A DNA stretch of 60,872 nt, the filler included. It is 3 parts of 3 records of this genome, joined end to end, with 100 filler letters (N's around TTAATTAATTAA, not from the genome) between each part and the next. Parts side by side here need not be neighbours in the genome. Positions count along the whole stretch, not along the records: positions 1 to 21,751 come from SRR31156797_2987; 2 more parts are not named here. One strand, written 5' to 3'. How positions within the stretch are numbered: the first letter of the stretch is position 1; each line of letters begins with the position of its first letter. This document shows, piece by piece, positions 9,311-20,238 of this stretch. Made by a program: the position numbers and the translations under genes. The notes below the pieces were generated by a model. It made no database searches. It saw only the letters and a list, made by a program, of their open reading frames with translations, and was not told the origin of the DNA.

Positions 9311-10795
9311 TTAAAGCTGGCATACCTCGCTCTTGCGGAGCCAGTCAATGTCAGAGTGATACAACTGGCGCAGGTCCTTCAGTCCCAGTTTTAGCATTGC
9401 AAGACGGCTTACTCCAAGCCCCCATGCAAGTACCGGGTACTTGATTCCCAGTGGGTGTGTGACCTCTTTTCTGAATACTCCTGCTCCTCCAAGTTCTACC
9501 CAGCCAAGGCCATCAACATATACTTCCGGTTCCACACTTGGTTCTGTGTATGGGAAGTATCCCGGCCTGAAACGCACATCCTCGAATCCCATTCTGTGAT
9601 AGAACTCAGAGAGGCATCCCAGAAGGTTTGAGAATGACATGTCCTTGTCCATGACGACACCTTCGAGCTGTTCGAACTCTGGTGTGTGTGTCGGGTCAAT
9701 TGTCTCTCTGCGGTATGCTCTGTCAATGGAGAATGCCTTGATCGGTGGTTCTGGGTTGTCTGCAAGGTATTTGATGGTAAGTGCTGTGGTGTGTGTTCTC
9801 AGCACATCCTTACATGCAATCTCCTCGCTCCACTTGCCGCCCCATCCTGTGGAACCGGTTTCGCCACCATTCTCGTGTGCTGCACATACTTTATCCTTGT
9901 ATTCTACAGGGAGCTCTGATGTGCTTGAGAGGTGGAAGGTGTCCTGCATTTCCCTCGCAGGATGGTCCTGTGGCTGGAAGAGTGAGTCGAAGTTCCAGAA
10001 TGAGCTCTGAACTGCTTCACCCTTGATCTCGGTGAATCCCATGTCAAGGAAGATACGTCTCATCTCATCGATGAGGCGCTGGTATGGGTGGATCTTTGCT
10101 CCGTATATGGGCTTTGGTTCTGTGTGGATGTTGTATGGTCTGAATTTCTTGTTCTTCCATTCGCCGCTTTTCAGGAGGCTGGATGTTACCTGTGCCACTT
10201 CCTCTTCTACAGTAATTCCTGCTGCAACGAGACTCTTGCCTTCGGTTGTGATCTTGATACTTCTGTGCTTGTCCTCTGTCTTTATCACAAGCTTACGTTT
10301 GATCAGGTCGGTTACGACATTCCTGTCTGCTCCAAGTTCCCCGAATGTCTTCTGTTCTCCTGCAAATGCTTCCAGGGTCTGTTCATCAGCGCCTTTTTCA
10401 GCATTGCCGGCTGGAACTATCATCCCTTTCTCGATGCCTGCCCAGCCTTTACGGCGCAGCCATCCGGTTGCGATACCTGCAACTGCCGGATTGAACTTCT
10501 CCTTGAGTTCATCCATTGAGGTAGGACCGGAAATAGCATTGATGATCTGTCTTTCAGGCAGGCCTTCTTCAGCATACTTCTTTCCTTCGTCCGTGAGTTC
10601 GAATATCTCGGTCACGGTTTCCTCTACCTGTGCAAGTCCTTTCTCCTCGAGCAGGAAAGCAGCCTGCATTGCAGTTTCCATCTTCATCTCTGCTTTCTCA
10701 GCCAGCTCGTTAGGGCTTGCATCATTTAGTGCCTCTAATGCGATGAGTGTAGTCTTCTCATTGGATGTAAGGTTATATTGTGAGCTCATGATCAC
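9311..10795 (-). CDS. pheS: Phenylalanine--tRNA ligase alpha subunit (archaeal long form)
   Basis: [59 protein letters not shown]. Confidence 0.97.
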   Translation of the reverse strand: MIMSSQYNLTSNEKTTLIALEALNDASPNELAEKAEMKMETAMQAAFLLEEKGLAQVEETVTEIFELTDEGKKYAEEGLPERQIINAISGPTSMDELKEKFNPAVAGIATGWLRRKGWAGIEKGMIVPAGNAEKGADEQTLEAFAGEQKTFGELGADRNVVTDLIKRKLVIKTEDKHRSIKITTEGKSLVAAGITVEEEVAQVTSSLLKSGEWKNKKFRPYNIHTEPKPIYGAKIHPYQRLIDEMRRIFLDMGFTEIKGEAVQSSFWNFDSLFQPQDHPAREMQDTFHLSSTSELPVEYKDKVCAAHENGGETGSTGWGGKWSEEIACKDVLRTHTTALTIKYLADNPEPPIKAFSIDRAYRRETIDPTHTPEFEQLEGVVMDKDMSFSNLLGCLSEFYHRMGFEDVRFRPGYFPYTEPSVEPEVYVDGLGWVELGGAGVFRKEVTHPLGIKYPVLAWGLGVSRLAMLKLGLKDLRQLYHSDIDWLRKSEVCQL

Positions 10796-10830
10796 ACCTG
10801 TTATTGCCTGTGTTATTGCTAGTTAGGTAA

Positions 10831-12129
10831 TTATAATCCATATTCGTCAAGTCTGTCCTTTGCCACTTCACGCAGTTCCTGATGCTCTTTGAGGAACTTT
10901 TCCGTTCTTTCGGCTGCAAGGACCTTGCAATGTCCGCACATTCTTGTTCCTTCGCGACATTCAGTGTATATCTGTGCCAGTTCCTCGTCATCATCGACGA
11001 GGTGGAACAGGAACATCTCATAGACAGAACACTTGTCAGGTTCGCCGCCAAGTTTCTTCTGTTCGTCGAGGCTCACCCTGCCGCCGGTCTTTGCTCTCTT
11101 GACTTTCTTTGCAGCACCCTTTGGTTCCTCTGTGAGCGATATATAGCTTTCAGGTACACTGCTTGACATTTTCCCGCCCTGCAGTCCTGACATGAAACGA
11201 TGATATGTAGATGATGGTGGTACGAATGCGTATCCGTTGAATTCCAGTTCGACTTCCCTGACGGTATTCAACAGCATCTCGAAGTTATCAGCACTGAATA
11301 CATCAACGTGTCCTTCAAAGAGCTTTGTCTTTCCGGGAATGCGCTGGCTCAGTTCCTTCAGGGCTTCTTCAGTTGCGCCCTTGCTGCGGACACTGAAGTA
11401 TTTGTTTCCTTTCTTGTCTTCCCTGCCTTCGATCTTGAACATGTTCATCTTGTGTCCAAGTCCTCTTGTAAGGCGGATGTGCGGGTCCTGGTCAGCACCT
11501 ACTGGAATAACGGTTGGTTTTGGTCCGTCGTACTCTTCAAGCTGTGGGTGAAGTATGTCCGCGCTCTGTGTCACCGCGCTCAACATGTGTGCAACATTTG
11601 TCTCACCTGTGAATCCGTAGATTGCGCTGAGTTCGGAGTAATTTGCCTTTGAAGCAAGTTCGAATGCAAGGTCTTTAACCTGCTCGGAACCTGACTGGAA
11701 GTAAATATGCCCATCTGGTTCAAAACCAAGGGCAATGAGTGATATTATGTATTCATTGATTCCGATGTCCCGACATTTTTCCCAGGACATACCCCTGACA
11801 GAATGTGATTCTCTGTCAGCAATTCCCACAAAAGCATCTGCACCCTGCTGCTGGTGCCAGATGATCTCTTCCATTACCATCTTGTGCCCGAGGTGGATCT
11901 TGCCAGATGGCATGAATCCGCTCATGACCGAGAACGGTTTCTTGTTTTTCATGGCATCAGTAATCAGGTCATAGCTGCGGTGCCCGAAGATTATCTTGCG
12001 GTTCATGAACTTGTGAGGATTCTCGATCTCCCCGAGCATATCATCAAATGGAAGTATTCCGAATTCATCGAATAACTTGGAATAGTCGTCAATGTTCAAT
12101 GCGCTCCAGGGGTCGATCTTCATGTTCAT
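10831..12129 (-). CDS. trpS: Tryptophan--tRNA ligase
   Basis: [12 protein letters not shown] (HIGH), [15 protein letters not shown] (KMSKS), TGGR; archaeal-type IDPW N-terminus. Confidence 0.95.
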   Translation of the reverse strand: MNMKIDPWSALNIDDYSKLFDEFGILPFDDMLGEIENPHKFMNRKIIFGHRSYDLITDAMKNKKPFSVMSGFMPSGKIHLGHKMVMEEIIWHQQQGADAFVGIADRESHSVRGMSWEKCRDIGINEYIISLIALGFEPDGHIYFQSGSEQVKDLAFELASKANYSELSAIYGFTGETNVAHMLSAVTQSADILHPQLEEYDGPKPTVIPVGADQDPHIRLTRGLGHKMNMFKIEGREDKKGNKYFSVRSKGATEEALKELSQRIPGKTKLFEGHVDVFSADNFEMLLNTVREVELEFNGYAFVPPSSTYHRFMSGLQGGKMSSSVPESYISLTEEPKGAAKKVKRAKTGGRVSLDEQKKLGGEPDKCSVYEMFLFHLVDDDEELAQIYTECREGTRMCGHCKVLAAERTEKFLKEHQELREVAKDRLDEYGL

Positions 12130-12337
12130 ATATTGCCTCTTGCTCCTCGGTTTATAGGATTTTCTTTATTAGTGTCTGGCACTTGAAATTGTTAGTAAGA
12201 ATACGTTGTGATATGTAAATGTTCTTATTGCGCTGGTAGATTAGTCTATTGATAATATATTACACAAGAGTGGAATATATTTAGTATATTGAATGCTATA
12301 GTATTATTATCAAATTTACCTGAAGAACACACCGTAG

Positions 12338-12907
12338 GTGTATGGACTAATGGATATGATATTTTTAATAGCAGTAGCTTTTTTCTTGCTTGCAGAATTG
12401 TACAATCTGCATCAGGCCCGTAAGAAAAAGGAAATTTATTCTCCGGCACTTCTGATACTGTTCATGGCTTTATCCTTTCTTCTCATGTATTTTAATCCTC
12501 TAGCAGGTTTCATCTGTTTCTTTCTTTCATTCCTCTTTTTAACTTCTAAATGGAAAGAATTAAAACAATACAAGGAAAAAAGGTTACTTGATGGATTCAC
12601 GGGTGTTGACTATTCTGAAAAAATCGGGGTAAAAGACATTTTAACCGGGAATAAAGTATGGGGCAAGATGGCTTTGAAATATGGCTCAGGAAAAGCAGCA
12701 TTAGCATATTCCATGTATATTTCCCTGGCAATATTTTTGATACTATATCTTATGCATATTCTGGCTTATCCGGTCAAACCTGACATGTCGTTCATTATCA
12801 TTTTCTCAACAACATATCTGGTGGCATCCTACTATACTATGCAGAGAAATTTCAGAAAATTTCTTGCAATGCAGGCGGAAAAAACTGGAAAAATGGAACT
12901 GCGATGA
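12338..12907 (+). CDS. Hypothetical multi-pass membrane protein
   Basis: Open frame with 4-5 hydrophobic segments; AT-rich; no recognised motif; start uncertain. Confidence 0.55.
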   Translation: MYGLMDMIFLIAVAFFLLAELYNLHQARKKKEIYSPALLILFMALSFLLMYFNPLAGFICFFLSFLFLTSKWKELKQYKEKRLLDGFTGVDYSEKIGVKDILTGNKVWGKMALKYGSGKAALAYSMYISLAIFLILYLMHILAYPVKPDMSFIIIFSTTYLVASYYTMQRNFRKFLAMQAEKTGKMELR

Positions 12908-14107
12908 TTACGATTCCATTTTTTCAATATCATAAGGCTTCGATGCATCCTCGGGAATCTTATCCACAAGCTGCAGATATTCCTTCTCCTGCATCAGGCA
13001 AGTACTTCTCTGGCCTCTGAAAGCTTTATCCTTGCGTATCTTGCTCCAGATATCCTTAATAGAAACGTCCTGTATGTTTCCATAGTGGAATGGGATATAT
13101 GGGCATGCTTTGACAAGACCATCAACGCAGACATGCATCCATCTCTGTCCTGCCATGCAACCGAGCATCTCACCTTCAAAGTATGAGTTCGCGAAAATAC
13201 GTGGTCCGCCTTTGGTGGAATTGATGCGGTGATACATTTCCAGTACTCTTTTCCTGTCGTCCTCGTTGATAATTGCGTCATCCTTCTTCTTTGGGACTGA
13301 TTCCCACAGTGAGAACTCATGGACTCCTATGTCCTTTGCCAGTTCGTACATTGCAGGCAATTCATCAATGTTCTTTGGAGAGACGTGGGTTGCCATTGTG
13401 ACAAGCAATCCTGCTTCAAGTCCCATTCTCATGGCGCCCGTTGCTATGTCAAAAGCTCCTTCCAGACGACGTACAGCATCGTGCTTTTCAGCTTCCGTTG
13501 AATAGATACTTACAAGAAGATTGTGCAATCCTGCTTCTTTAAGGCGTCTTGCATTCTCCGGTGTCATCTCTGTTCCCGGGGTGTACATGTTAACGATGGC
13601 ACGTTCCTTGTCCACATAATCAATAAGCTCGTAGATATTCTCACGGAGCATGGGGTCTCCTTCGGTAAACACGATCACCATTGCACCCATATCGAGTACA
13701 TCATCGATGGCCCTTTTAATGGTATCAAGGTCAAGATCGCCTTCTCCTCCACTGACAACACAGTGTTCACAGTCACACTTGCAGTTGCGTGTGATCTCAA
13801 AAGAGACTGTCTCGGGAATGTACCTTCCAAGTGCCATCTGTGTTTCTGCAAGAAGCAAGCGGTTGAAAGCCTTGCTGGGTATTGGTGGCAGCCATGTTGA
13901 TGCTATGACCTTATCCTCATCGACAAAAGCAGGTTTTTCCTCCTTCAGACGTTCGTTAATTCTCTTCAAAAAAGGAGCACATGCTTTGCGTAAGGGTCCA
14001 TGTGCTTTTAGGTGGACAAAATCTGCTTTTCTGTCCATTTTTATGGATAATCCGGGTATCGAAACCAGTGTAATATCTTTGTGATCTGAATTTTGGTCCG
14101 CTTTCAT
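12908..14107 (-). CDS. Radical SAM protein with SPASM/twitch domain
   Basis: CKCDCEHC (CxxxCxxC), FTEGDP (GGEP variant), C-terminal GCMAG...GLVKACP...GNI...CL. Confidence 0.85.
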   Translation of the reverse strand: MKADQNSDHKDITLVSIPGLSIKMDRKADFVHLKAHGPLRKACAPFLKRINERLKEEKPAFVDEDKVIASTWLPPIPSKAFNRLLLAETQMALGRYIPETVSFEITRNCKCDCEHCVVSGGEGDLDLDTIKRAIDDVLDMGAMVIVFTEGDPMLRENIYELIDYVDKERAIVNMYTPGTEMTPENARRLKEAGLHNLLVSIYSTEAEKHDAVRRLEGAFDIATGAMRMGLEAGLLVTMATHVSPKNIDELPAMYELAKDIGVHEFSLWESVPKKKDDAIINEDDRKRVLEMYHRINSTKGGPRIFANSYFEGEMLGCMAGQRWMHVCVDGLVKACPYIPFHYGNIQDVSIKDIWSKIRKDKAFRGQRSTCLMQEKEYLQLVDKIPEDASKPYDIEKMES

Positions 14108-14893
14108 TTAGTGTTCCCCTGGAATGGATGACCTTTCCTGGGAGAATACATCAGCTTCCTTGCCTATAACAGATTCGGATGAATAGACTATAATGCCATT
14201 ATCAGCTATAATATATGGGCGAAGCACTTCATCATGTTTGACGCCTCTCATTTTCAGTATCTCAAGGGATCTGATCCTTTCTCCGGCAATCCTGTTGACT
14301 TTAAGGCAGATAACTCCTTCGGCAAGGTATTCTTCGACACTGAAATGCTCCGGATCTTTGTTCATTTCACTTGTAATAAGCGTAGTACAGTCAAAATTTT
14401 CAATATTCTTTATGAATTCAAGGATTATATGTCTGACATCCACCGGATTTGGCGATATTTTAAGTGAGGTCAGGGAATCAATAAAAAGGCGTTTTGCACC
14501 GATTTCCATAATGCTCGCATAAATTTGTTTTAACACAGTTTCCAGGGTTGCATTCTCATGGTCTCCTTCTTTTTCAGGTTCCATGGTCTTCTTTATGTAG
14601 CGGTCATATGCAATAGGATCGGCTCTTATTATGCGAAGTTTGTTTTCCTTGATGAGACGTTCCATGTCCCATCCATGTCTCCACATATTTCTCATAATGC
14701 GTGCCGGTGTTTCCTCAAATGTAACATAGACTCCAGGTTCATCGTAATTCATAATTCCTGAGTACAGGTACTGTGAACCAAAAGTGGATTTTCCTGCTCC
14801 AGGTCCTCCTGTTAGGAGGATTACATCGTTTTCAATGAACCCACCTTCTATAAGCCCGTCAAATCCTGGTATTCCTGTGGGTACTCGTGCCAT
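14108..14893 (-). CDS. KaiC/RAD55-family ATPase (single domain)
   Basis: RVPTGIPGFD, Walker A GGPGAGKS, YVTFEE, LFIDS, EEYLAEGVI, ILKMRG. Confidence 0.88.
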   Translation of the reverse strand: MARVPTGIPGFDGLIEGGFIENDVILLTGGPGAGKSTFGSQYLYSGIMNYDEPGVYVTFEETPARIMRNMWRHGWDMERLIKENKLRIIRADPIAYDRYIKKTMEPEKEGDHENATLETVLKQIYASIMEIGAKRLFIDSLTSLKISPNPVDVRHIILEFIKNIENFDCTTLITSEMNKDPEHFSVEEYLAEGVICLKVNRIAGERIRSLEILKMRGVKHDEVLRPYIIADNGIIVYSSESVIGKEADVFSQERSSIPGEH

Positions 14894-14997
14894 ATTTTTC
14901 CCCGATCATTATTTTCGAGTATTTTAATATAAATATGGCTAATTAATATATAATGGTTGCTTTTGAAAAAAAGAAGAAATTGATACCTGTTAAGGTA

Positions 14998-15606
14998 TCA
15001 TACTTTTTCGGAGAATGCAAGGGTTCCGCTTATTCTCTTAATTCTTATCTTAAGAGTCTCGCCCTTTGCAGCGCCAGGAACAAAGATTGTGAATTTGTCC
15101 ACCTTTGCAATTCCGTCACCTTTGGAACCAACAGCATCAATACGGACATCGTATTCTTTGCCTTCTTCAATTGCATCCTGTTTGACAGGTGCACTTGCAC
15201 GTCTTTTCTTCACAGGTCTGTGTGCTCCACATGCAGCACATTTCAGCACCATGATACGGTCCATCTTTGTAAGCTGTGTGTCAGGCCTTCCACACTCTGA
15301 ACACATGACGAACTCTTCAACATATGCTTCAATGTTTGATTTAATCTGATCCTTTGAGAATCTTCCCTGAAATACTGCCCTTGATCCATCGATCTTGCCG
15401 GCTGTACCCATTTCACGGGTGAGGTATTTCATAACATGGTCCGGATCTCTGTTCAGGACATCTGCAATGTTGTTGAAATTGTCAAGGATCGTGGTTTTGC
15501 CTTCTACCATGATCTTAGGCTCAGGGATTACGAAACGAGCATCCGTAGTCTCCATGTCAGGTAAGTTTGCTATTGCACGATCAAGAAGCGCTTCGTAATC
15601 ATCCAT
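14998..15606 (-). CDS. eif2b: Translation initiation factor aIF-2 beta with C-terminal TRAM domain
   Basis: [15 protein letters not shown], zinc ribbon CSECGRPDT...[30 protein letters not shown]. Confidence 0.95.
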   Translation of the reverse strand: MDDYEALLDRAIANLPDMETTDARFVIPEPKIMVEGKTTILDNFNNIADVLNRDPDHVMKYLTREMGTAGKIDGSRAVFQGRFSKDQIKSNIEAYVEEFVMCSECGRPDTQLTKMDRIMVLKCAACGAHRPVKKRRASAPVKQDAIEEGKEYDVRIDAVGSKGDGIAKVDKFTIFVPGAAKGETLKIRIKRISGTLAFSEKV

Positions 15607-15629
15607 CTTTTATCCCTCTTTAGTTAATT

Positions 15630-16148
15630 TTACTGCACAAGTTCCTGTCCCTGATCGACAACGATCCTGACAGGTGTAGGAAGTTTCTGGCCGGCTTTCC
15701 TGAGTGCGTCCTTTGCCATTACAAAGTGCTCTTTGTTTACAGAGATTGTGAATATCTTCTGCTCGGCTGAAACTCTTGCTGCAGTTCCTACGTTCTTTCC
15801 GTATGCACCACGCATACCACTGGATACACGGTCTGCACCTGCTCCAGTTGCCTGCTTGTTCTCTCTTAGTACTTCGTGTGGGTACACTCTGAGCTTAATG
15901 TGGTATCCCATACGTCCGGCAGCTGTTGTCATTGCCCTGTTAGCAGTGATACGTGCTGCTTCCAGTGCTGTGTGGCGTAACTGGCATCTTTCCTTTACTA
16001 CGAGTGTGACCTTTACTGGAAAGTCAGCATTCTTGTTGCCCATGTCGTAGTGAATAACGTGACTACCTGGTACACCGCCCATGTACTTCTTTCTGGTGAA
16101 TGAGCGTTGTCTGACGTTCCTGTACATACTTGCTGGTTTTCTTACCAT
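15630..16148 (-). CDS. rpl10e: 50S ribosomal protein L10e (uL16)
   Basis: [49 protein letters not shown]. Confidence 0.97.
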   Translation of the reverse strand: MVRKPASMYRNVRQRSFTRKKYMGGVPGSHVIHYDMGNKNADFPVKVTLVVKERCQLRHTALEAARITANRAMTTAAGRMGYHIKLRVYPHEVLRENKQATGAGADRVSSGMRGAYGKNVGTAARVSAEQKIFTISVNKEHFVMAKDALRKAGQKLPTPVRIVVDQGQELVQ

Positions 16149-16344
16149 GAATAAAATCTCCTTGAATTGATTATTGCAATAAAGCGTGATACTATATATA
16201 GTACCATACCACTGTTTTCACATCGGGATCTGTTCCCTGACTATATGTTTATATTTGTATTTGTTGATGTTGCCTATCAACAATATGGATTAATCTCGAT
16301 GGCTGTCCTCATACTACCTTGGAGTTTATAAGTCTTGTCACAGG

Positions 16345-17418
16345 TTAAGGTCGCTCCTTTAATTGAGGCGTCAGTAAACCATAACAACCTGAAAGCATCA
16401 TATTTCCAAAAGGTGCTGCAAAATGCATCTTTTTCCATATCTTCTTATCCTTTTCATCATCTTTCATGTCTTTCAGGATGCTGCGTCTTGGTCCGGTAAC
16501 CATCACAGACTTAATGGCATTCTCTCCGGGAGTACTCTTTATGTAACATCCATGTCCTCCATCATTGAAGACATCATCAAATCCAAGTTTTCCGCAGGAA
16601 AAGTCATTGATATAATCCTGCAGTTTTTTCCCGTCAAGTGCAGATGTGTGGTGCTCAAAAAGTGCAACCACTCTGTTATCATCAACAATTGCTCCAATGG
16701 TATGGCCATTACCTATGTTGACCACAATGGATGGCTGAACAGCTTTTGGGTCAAGAAGTGCACCGAAAATTGCTGCAGGTCCGGTGTCCATTACAATAAA
16801 TTCCCTTCCGGAAAGTGTCTTTGCAACCGATGCCATGCGTGTAAATTCTTCCGGTATTGTCTTTTCTGTGTATGCAAACTGGCTGAAGTCTCCACCTTCA
16901 TCGATAAATCTCTCAAAGATCCTGAATCTATATATGCGGTTGCTGATGTCGGGAGAGTTCCCGTGATCCTGCACGGCAACTGCGATCATGTCAGGCATGT
17001 CCACTCCAAAACTTCCCAGCGCCCTGTCCAGTGCATCCAGGTCAATGTCCTGTAATTTTATCTCTTCAGCATCATTTAGAATCTCATGGGCGCCTTCTGT
17101 ATCATCTACTATACTTACTCCCATTGATCTAACTCTTTCAAGATCGTCCTTTATTGTAAGTGCTGCCCTTCTGGTAGCATGGGCTTTGTAACCATTTCTA
17201 ATATGGGCTTTGATTGCTCTTACTGAAGGACCTCCTCCCATCACATTCCCTTTGAGGAGTATATCGCTCCCTTTTTCAGTTGCTTTTTTAATCCTGTTTG
17301 CAATAATTACGGTAGGTGATGGCATAACCATTACAATGCTATTCTCAACTTCTCTTTCAGTATCGTACAGTAATATATCCTGTGTGCCTGTACCAACATC
17401 TATAGCAAGTATTTTCAT
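16345..17418 (-). CDS. DUF1786 family protein (ASKHA/actin-like fold)
   Basis: ILAIDVGTGTQD, MPSPT, MGGGP, AVQDHG, DTGPAA, NIGNGHT, FEHHT, GGHG, TGPRR. Confidence 0.8.
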   Translation of the reverse strand: MKILAIDVGTGTQDILLYDTEREVENSIVMVMPSPTVIIANRIKKATEKGSDILLKGNVMGGGPSVRAIKAHIRNGYKAHATRRAALTIKDDLERVRSMGVSIVDDTEGAHEILNDAEEIKLQDIDLDALDRALGSFGVDMPDMIAVAVQDHGNSPDISNRIYRFRIFERFIDEGGDFSQFAYTEKTIPEEFTRMASVAKTLSGREFIVMDTGPAAIFGALLDPKAVQPSIVVNIGNGHTIGAIVDDNRVVALFEHHTSALDGKKLQDYINDFSCGKLGFDDVFNDGGHGCYIKSTPGENAIKSVMVTGPRRSILKDMKDDEKDKKIWKKMHFAAPFGNMMLSGCYGLLTPQLKERP

Positions 17419-17465
17419 TCTTGAATCGAGTGATTCTTATACTTATTCGGGTATAAATACTTCGT

Positions 17466-18005
17466 ATGAGCACCCCATCAACAAGTGAACATAAAGAGGG
17501 TACAGATAAGTCACTATCTTTTTACCTTGTCACGATTTCAAGTTCAAGATATGAGGAATTCGGTGCAGTATTCTCTCCAGACGATGCTAACGATGTTTCC
17601 GGAAAAACAATGAATGACCTTGTTACTTCCAGGGGATATGATGTTTCCAAGTATGAGTTAATCCCCGATGACATTTCCCTGATAAAGGGGGTTGTACATC
17701 GTGCCCTTGAATCAAATGCTGATATTGTGATTACAAGTGGGGGGACTGGACTGGCATCAAAGGATGTAACTATAGAATCTGTTGCTCCTTTGTTTGACAA
17801 GGATATTCCCGGATTTGGTGAACTTTTCAGATCTAAAAGTATAGATCAGATCGGTAGTTCGGTTATCCTTACACGTGCAGCAGCTGGCTTGTTGCGGGGA
17901 AAAGTAATCTTCTGTCTTCCGGGATCTCCCAATGCAGTAGAGCTTGCATTGGCTGAAATAATCCTTCCTGAAGCCGGGCATCTCGTGAAACATGCTCGGC
18001 AGTAA
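17466..18005 (+). CDS. moaB: MoaB/MogA molybdopterin adenylyltransferase
   Basis: TISSSR, DVSG, PDD, TSGGTG, DVTIE, PGFGELFR, LPGSPNAV. Confidence 0.9.
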   Translation: MSTPSTSEHKEGTDKSLSFYLVTISSSRYEEFGAVFSPDDANDVSGKTMNDLVTSRGYDVSKYELIPDDISLIKGVVHRALESNADIVITSGGTGLASKDVTIESVAPLFDKDIPGFGELFRSKSIDQIGSSVILTRAAAGLLRGKVIFCLPGSPNAVELALAEIILPEAGHLVKHARQ

Positions 18006-18178
18006 CCAAAAAAGGTTTATATTGTATCTTTTATTTAATTAAGATGTGTCAAAAGGCACATTTATATACGTTTATATTTATATATTGAATGGGAACTCCT
18101 TATAGTAGTGGCTTCAAATGGTAATCTGGTTACCATTATGGGGCAAATCCTATATACAATACCAATGAAGAGGGAAAC

Positions 18179-18877
18179 ATGGCCGGGTACTCCTTAGGCA
18201 TAAAGGAACTGGATGAACTGCTGGACGGCATCCGGGAAGGAACTAATCTAATGATGATAGGGCCGCCTATGAGCCGAAAAGACGATTTGCTGGATGTGAT
18301 CGTCTTTAACAGCCAGAATCCTGATGGTTCAGCTATTTTTGTCTCAACCCGTGAACCCGGGGAGCGTGTACTGGGTTGGTTTGAGGAAAATGGTCTGGAT
18401 ATGTCAAAAGCCAACATTGGCATAGTTGACTGCGTGACCAAAACACTTGGTCTTGGGGCAGCAGACACAGAGAATATTAAGAGAGCTTCAAGCCCTGTTG
18501 ATCTTACAGGCATTGGAGTAAAGATCAGTCAGTTTTTCGAAGAAATGCTGGTAAAGAAGAAGAAGGAGAAAATACACCTGTGTATTAATTCTTTGTCAAC
18601 AATTCTGATGTATTCTAACATACAGACTGTGTTCAGGTTTCTTCATGTGTTTACCGGTCGTGTGAAAGCAGCAAACGGTTTTGGTCTTTATGTTGTGGAA
18701 GATGAAATGCATGATGCACAAACCATAGCCACGCTAAAACAGCTTTTCGATGGTATGATCGAGATCAAGGCGCTCGGGGATGCCTATGCAATGAGAGTTG
18801 TCGGGCTGACATCCAAGCCAACCCCATGGTTTGAATACAGCATAGACGGAACGGAGATAACCCTTAAGAAAACCTGA
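18179..18877 (+). CDS. RAD55/KaiC-like protein with degenerate Walker motifs
   Basis: LGIKELDELLDG, GPPMSRKD at the Walker A position, SSPVDLTGIGV, CINSLST, FRFLHVFTGR, LKQLFDG. Confidence 0.8.
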   Translation: MAGYSLGIKELDELLDGIREGTNLMMIGPPMSRKDDLLDVIVFNSQNPDGSAIFVSTREPGERVLGWFEENGLDMSKANIGIVDCVTKTLGLGAADTENIKRASSPVDLTGIGVKISQFFEEMLVKKKKEKIHLCINSLSTILMYSNIQTVFRFLHVFTGRVKAANGFGLYVVEDEMHDAQTIATLKQLFDGMIEIKALGDAYAMRVVGLTSKPTPWFEYSIDGTEITLKKT

Positions 18878-19004
18878 TGGTTTTCAATTCCCAGGGTAAT
18901 TCTGTAAGTTCGTCAACTGATTTTTCGGATTTGAATACTTTTTATACTATCCTGCGGTTGAATTATTTATATTAAACTTTAAATGCTTATTCAGGTGTAA
19001 TATT

Positions 19005-19265
19005 ATGGACAAAGAAAAGATATATCAATTAAGAACTGAAGCAACCAAAATTAAACCAATTCTTAACATTGGCAAGAACGGAATAACCGAATCTGTTGTT
19101 GAAGAAGTAAAAAAACAGGTCAAAGCAAACCGTCTTATAAAAATCAAGATGCTAAAGACCAGTGCAGAGGGTGAGGATATCAAAGCATCTGCTGAGAAAC
19201 TTGCCGAAGCAACAAAGACCACCCTTATTGATGTAAGGGGCAGCACAGTTGTGCTTTACAGGTGA
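19005..19265 (+). CDS. yhbY: YhbY/CRM-domain RNA-binding protein
   Basis: KPILNIGKNG, LIKIK, DVRGSTVVLYR. Confidence 0.88.
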   Translation: MDKEKIYQLRTEATKIKPILNIGKNGITESVVEEVKKQVKANRLIKIKMLKTSAEGEDIKASAEKLAEATKTTLIDVRGSTVVLYR

Positions 19266-19274
19266 TTAGTTTTT

Positions 19275-19607
19275 TTAAGTTTCTTCTTTAATACCTTCTC
19301 CGGAAACCACTTCCACTTCCTGAACAATCATTAGTACTGTGGGGAGCATTTCTTTGAGTTCAGGGATAAGTTTCCTTAATTTTTCTTCCTTGTCAACTGC
19401 CTGGACAATTACCGGCAGGTCAGTCCCTAGCCTCAGGACACTTGCTGTGTGGATTTTATGGTGAATTCCATATCCTTCTATACAATGGTTTACTGTGGCT
19501 CCTGCAATTTCTTTATCCTTGAAGAACTCTATTATGGCATGGTGCGCAGTCTTTCCTTTGCACTTATCGTTCTCGCTAAGGTATATCCTCAAAAGCAATG
19601 TTTTCAT
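19275..19607 (-). CDS. DUF190 family (PII-like) protein
   Basis: LLRIYLSE, IAGATV, EGYG, DLPVIV. Confidence 0.85.
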   Translation of the reverse strand: MKTLLLRIYLSENDKCKGKTAHHAIIEFFKDKEIAGATVNHCIEGYGIHHKIHTASVLRLGTDLPVIVQAVDKEEKLRKLIPELKEMLPTVLMIVQEVEVVSGEGIKEET

Positions 19608-19637
19608 GAACAGTTTCCCCCTGATGTCCTGGTTAAG

Positions 19638-19649
19638 GTAACATGTTAC
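19638..19649. promoter_or_regulatory. Perfect 12-bp palindrome GTAACATGTTAC, candidate operator upstream of the DUF190 gene
   Basis: Read directly; lies between a minus-strand TATA-like TTTATATC (19662-19669) and the DUF190 start at 19607. Confidence 0.35.
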
Positions 19650-19680
19650 ATTTGTTCTCTGGATATAAATATCAGGGCTA

Positions 19681-19740
19681 TCAAAGCTATCCGGAACTAT
19701 TCAAAACCTTCCAGATCTATCCCGAAGCATCAAAAACGAT
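19681..19740. repeat. Degenerate tandem 10-bp repeat (6 units, consensus ~YCRRARCTAT)
   Basis: tcaaagctat ccggaactat tcaaaacctt ccagatctat cccgaagcat caaaaacgat. Confidence 0.45.
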
Positions 19741-19791
19741 TGCAAATTCTGCTCAGGCATCCTATTTTAGTAATTTAGTAATTTTTATATC

Positions 19792-20238
19792 ATGAAAGAC
19801 ATTCATAGTTTCATGGGAAAAAACAATACCCTGGTTCCTGCGGTAATTGCGCTGGTATTGTGCGTAGTAGTGGCTGCTGGATGCCTGCTTTATGATTCAA
19901 AGGCAAGTGGTCCGCAGATCAATGGTTCAGAGGCAACTGGAATAGTCCTGAGTGACTCCAATATATCTGAATATTATTCTTCTTATTTCAGAGTAGAAGA
20001 CTGGAGGGTTACCACTACAACACTTGTTGATGCTACTCCAAATGGCAGTACATCGGAGGAAGGTGTGTGGAAGATTGAGATTATGGAACGTACCTGCGCA
20101 TGCTCGGGAGTAAAAGACCTGCTTGTAATTGAAGGGTATGTTTCTGCAAGCGATGGCGAGCTTTTTGAAGTTGGCACAAAATTTGTTTCCGAAAGCGAAT
20201 ATGAAAAAGAGACATGTTCATCAACAGCCTGTCACTAG
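19792..20238 (+). CDS. Exported or membrane-anchored hypothetical protein with CAC and C-terminal CX4CH motifs
   Basis: Hydrophobic N-terminus (VPAVIALVLCVVVAAGC), PepSY-like beta pattern WKIEI...GYVSASDGE, terminal ETCSSTACH. Confidence 0.65.
   Translation: MKDIHSFMGKNNTLVPAVIALVLCVVVAAGCLLYDSKASGPQINGSEATGIVLSDSNISEYYSSYFRVEDWRVTTTTLVDATPNGSTSEEGVWKIEIMERTCACSGVKDLLVIEGYVSASDGELFEVGTKFVSESEYEKETCSSTACH

Noticed and set aside
8090-20238. Pyrrolysine read-through at TAG stops of archaeal genes (DUF166, DUF362, exported protein)
   Set aside because: The proteins appear complete at the TAG. The downstream frame I translated (after 20238) showed no recognisable domain.
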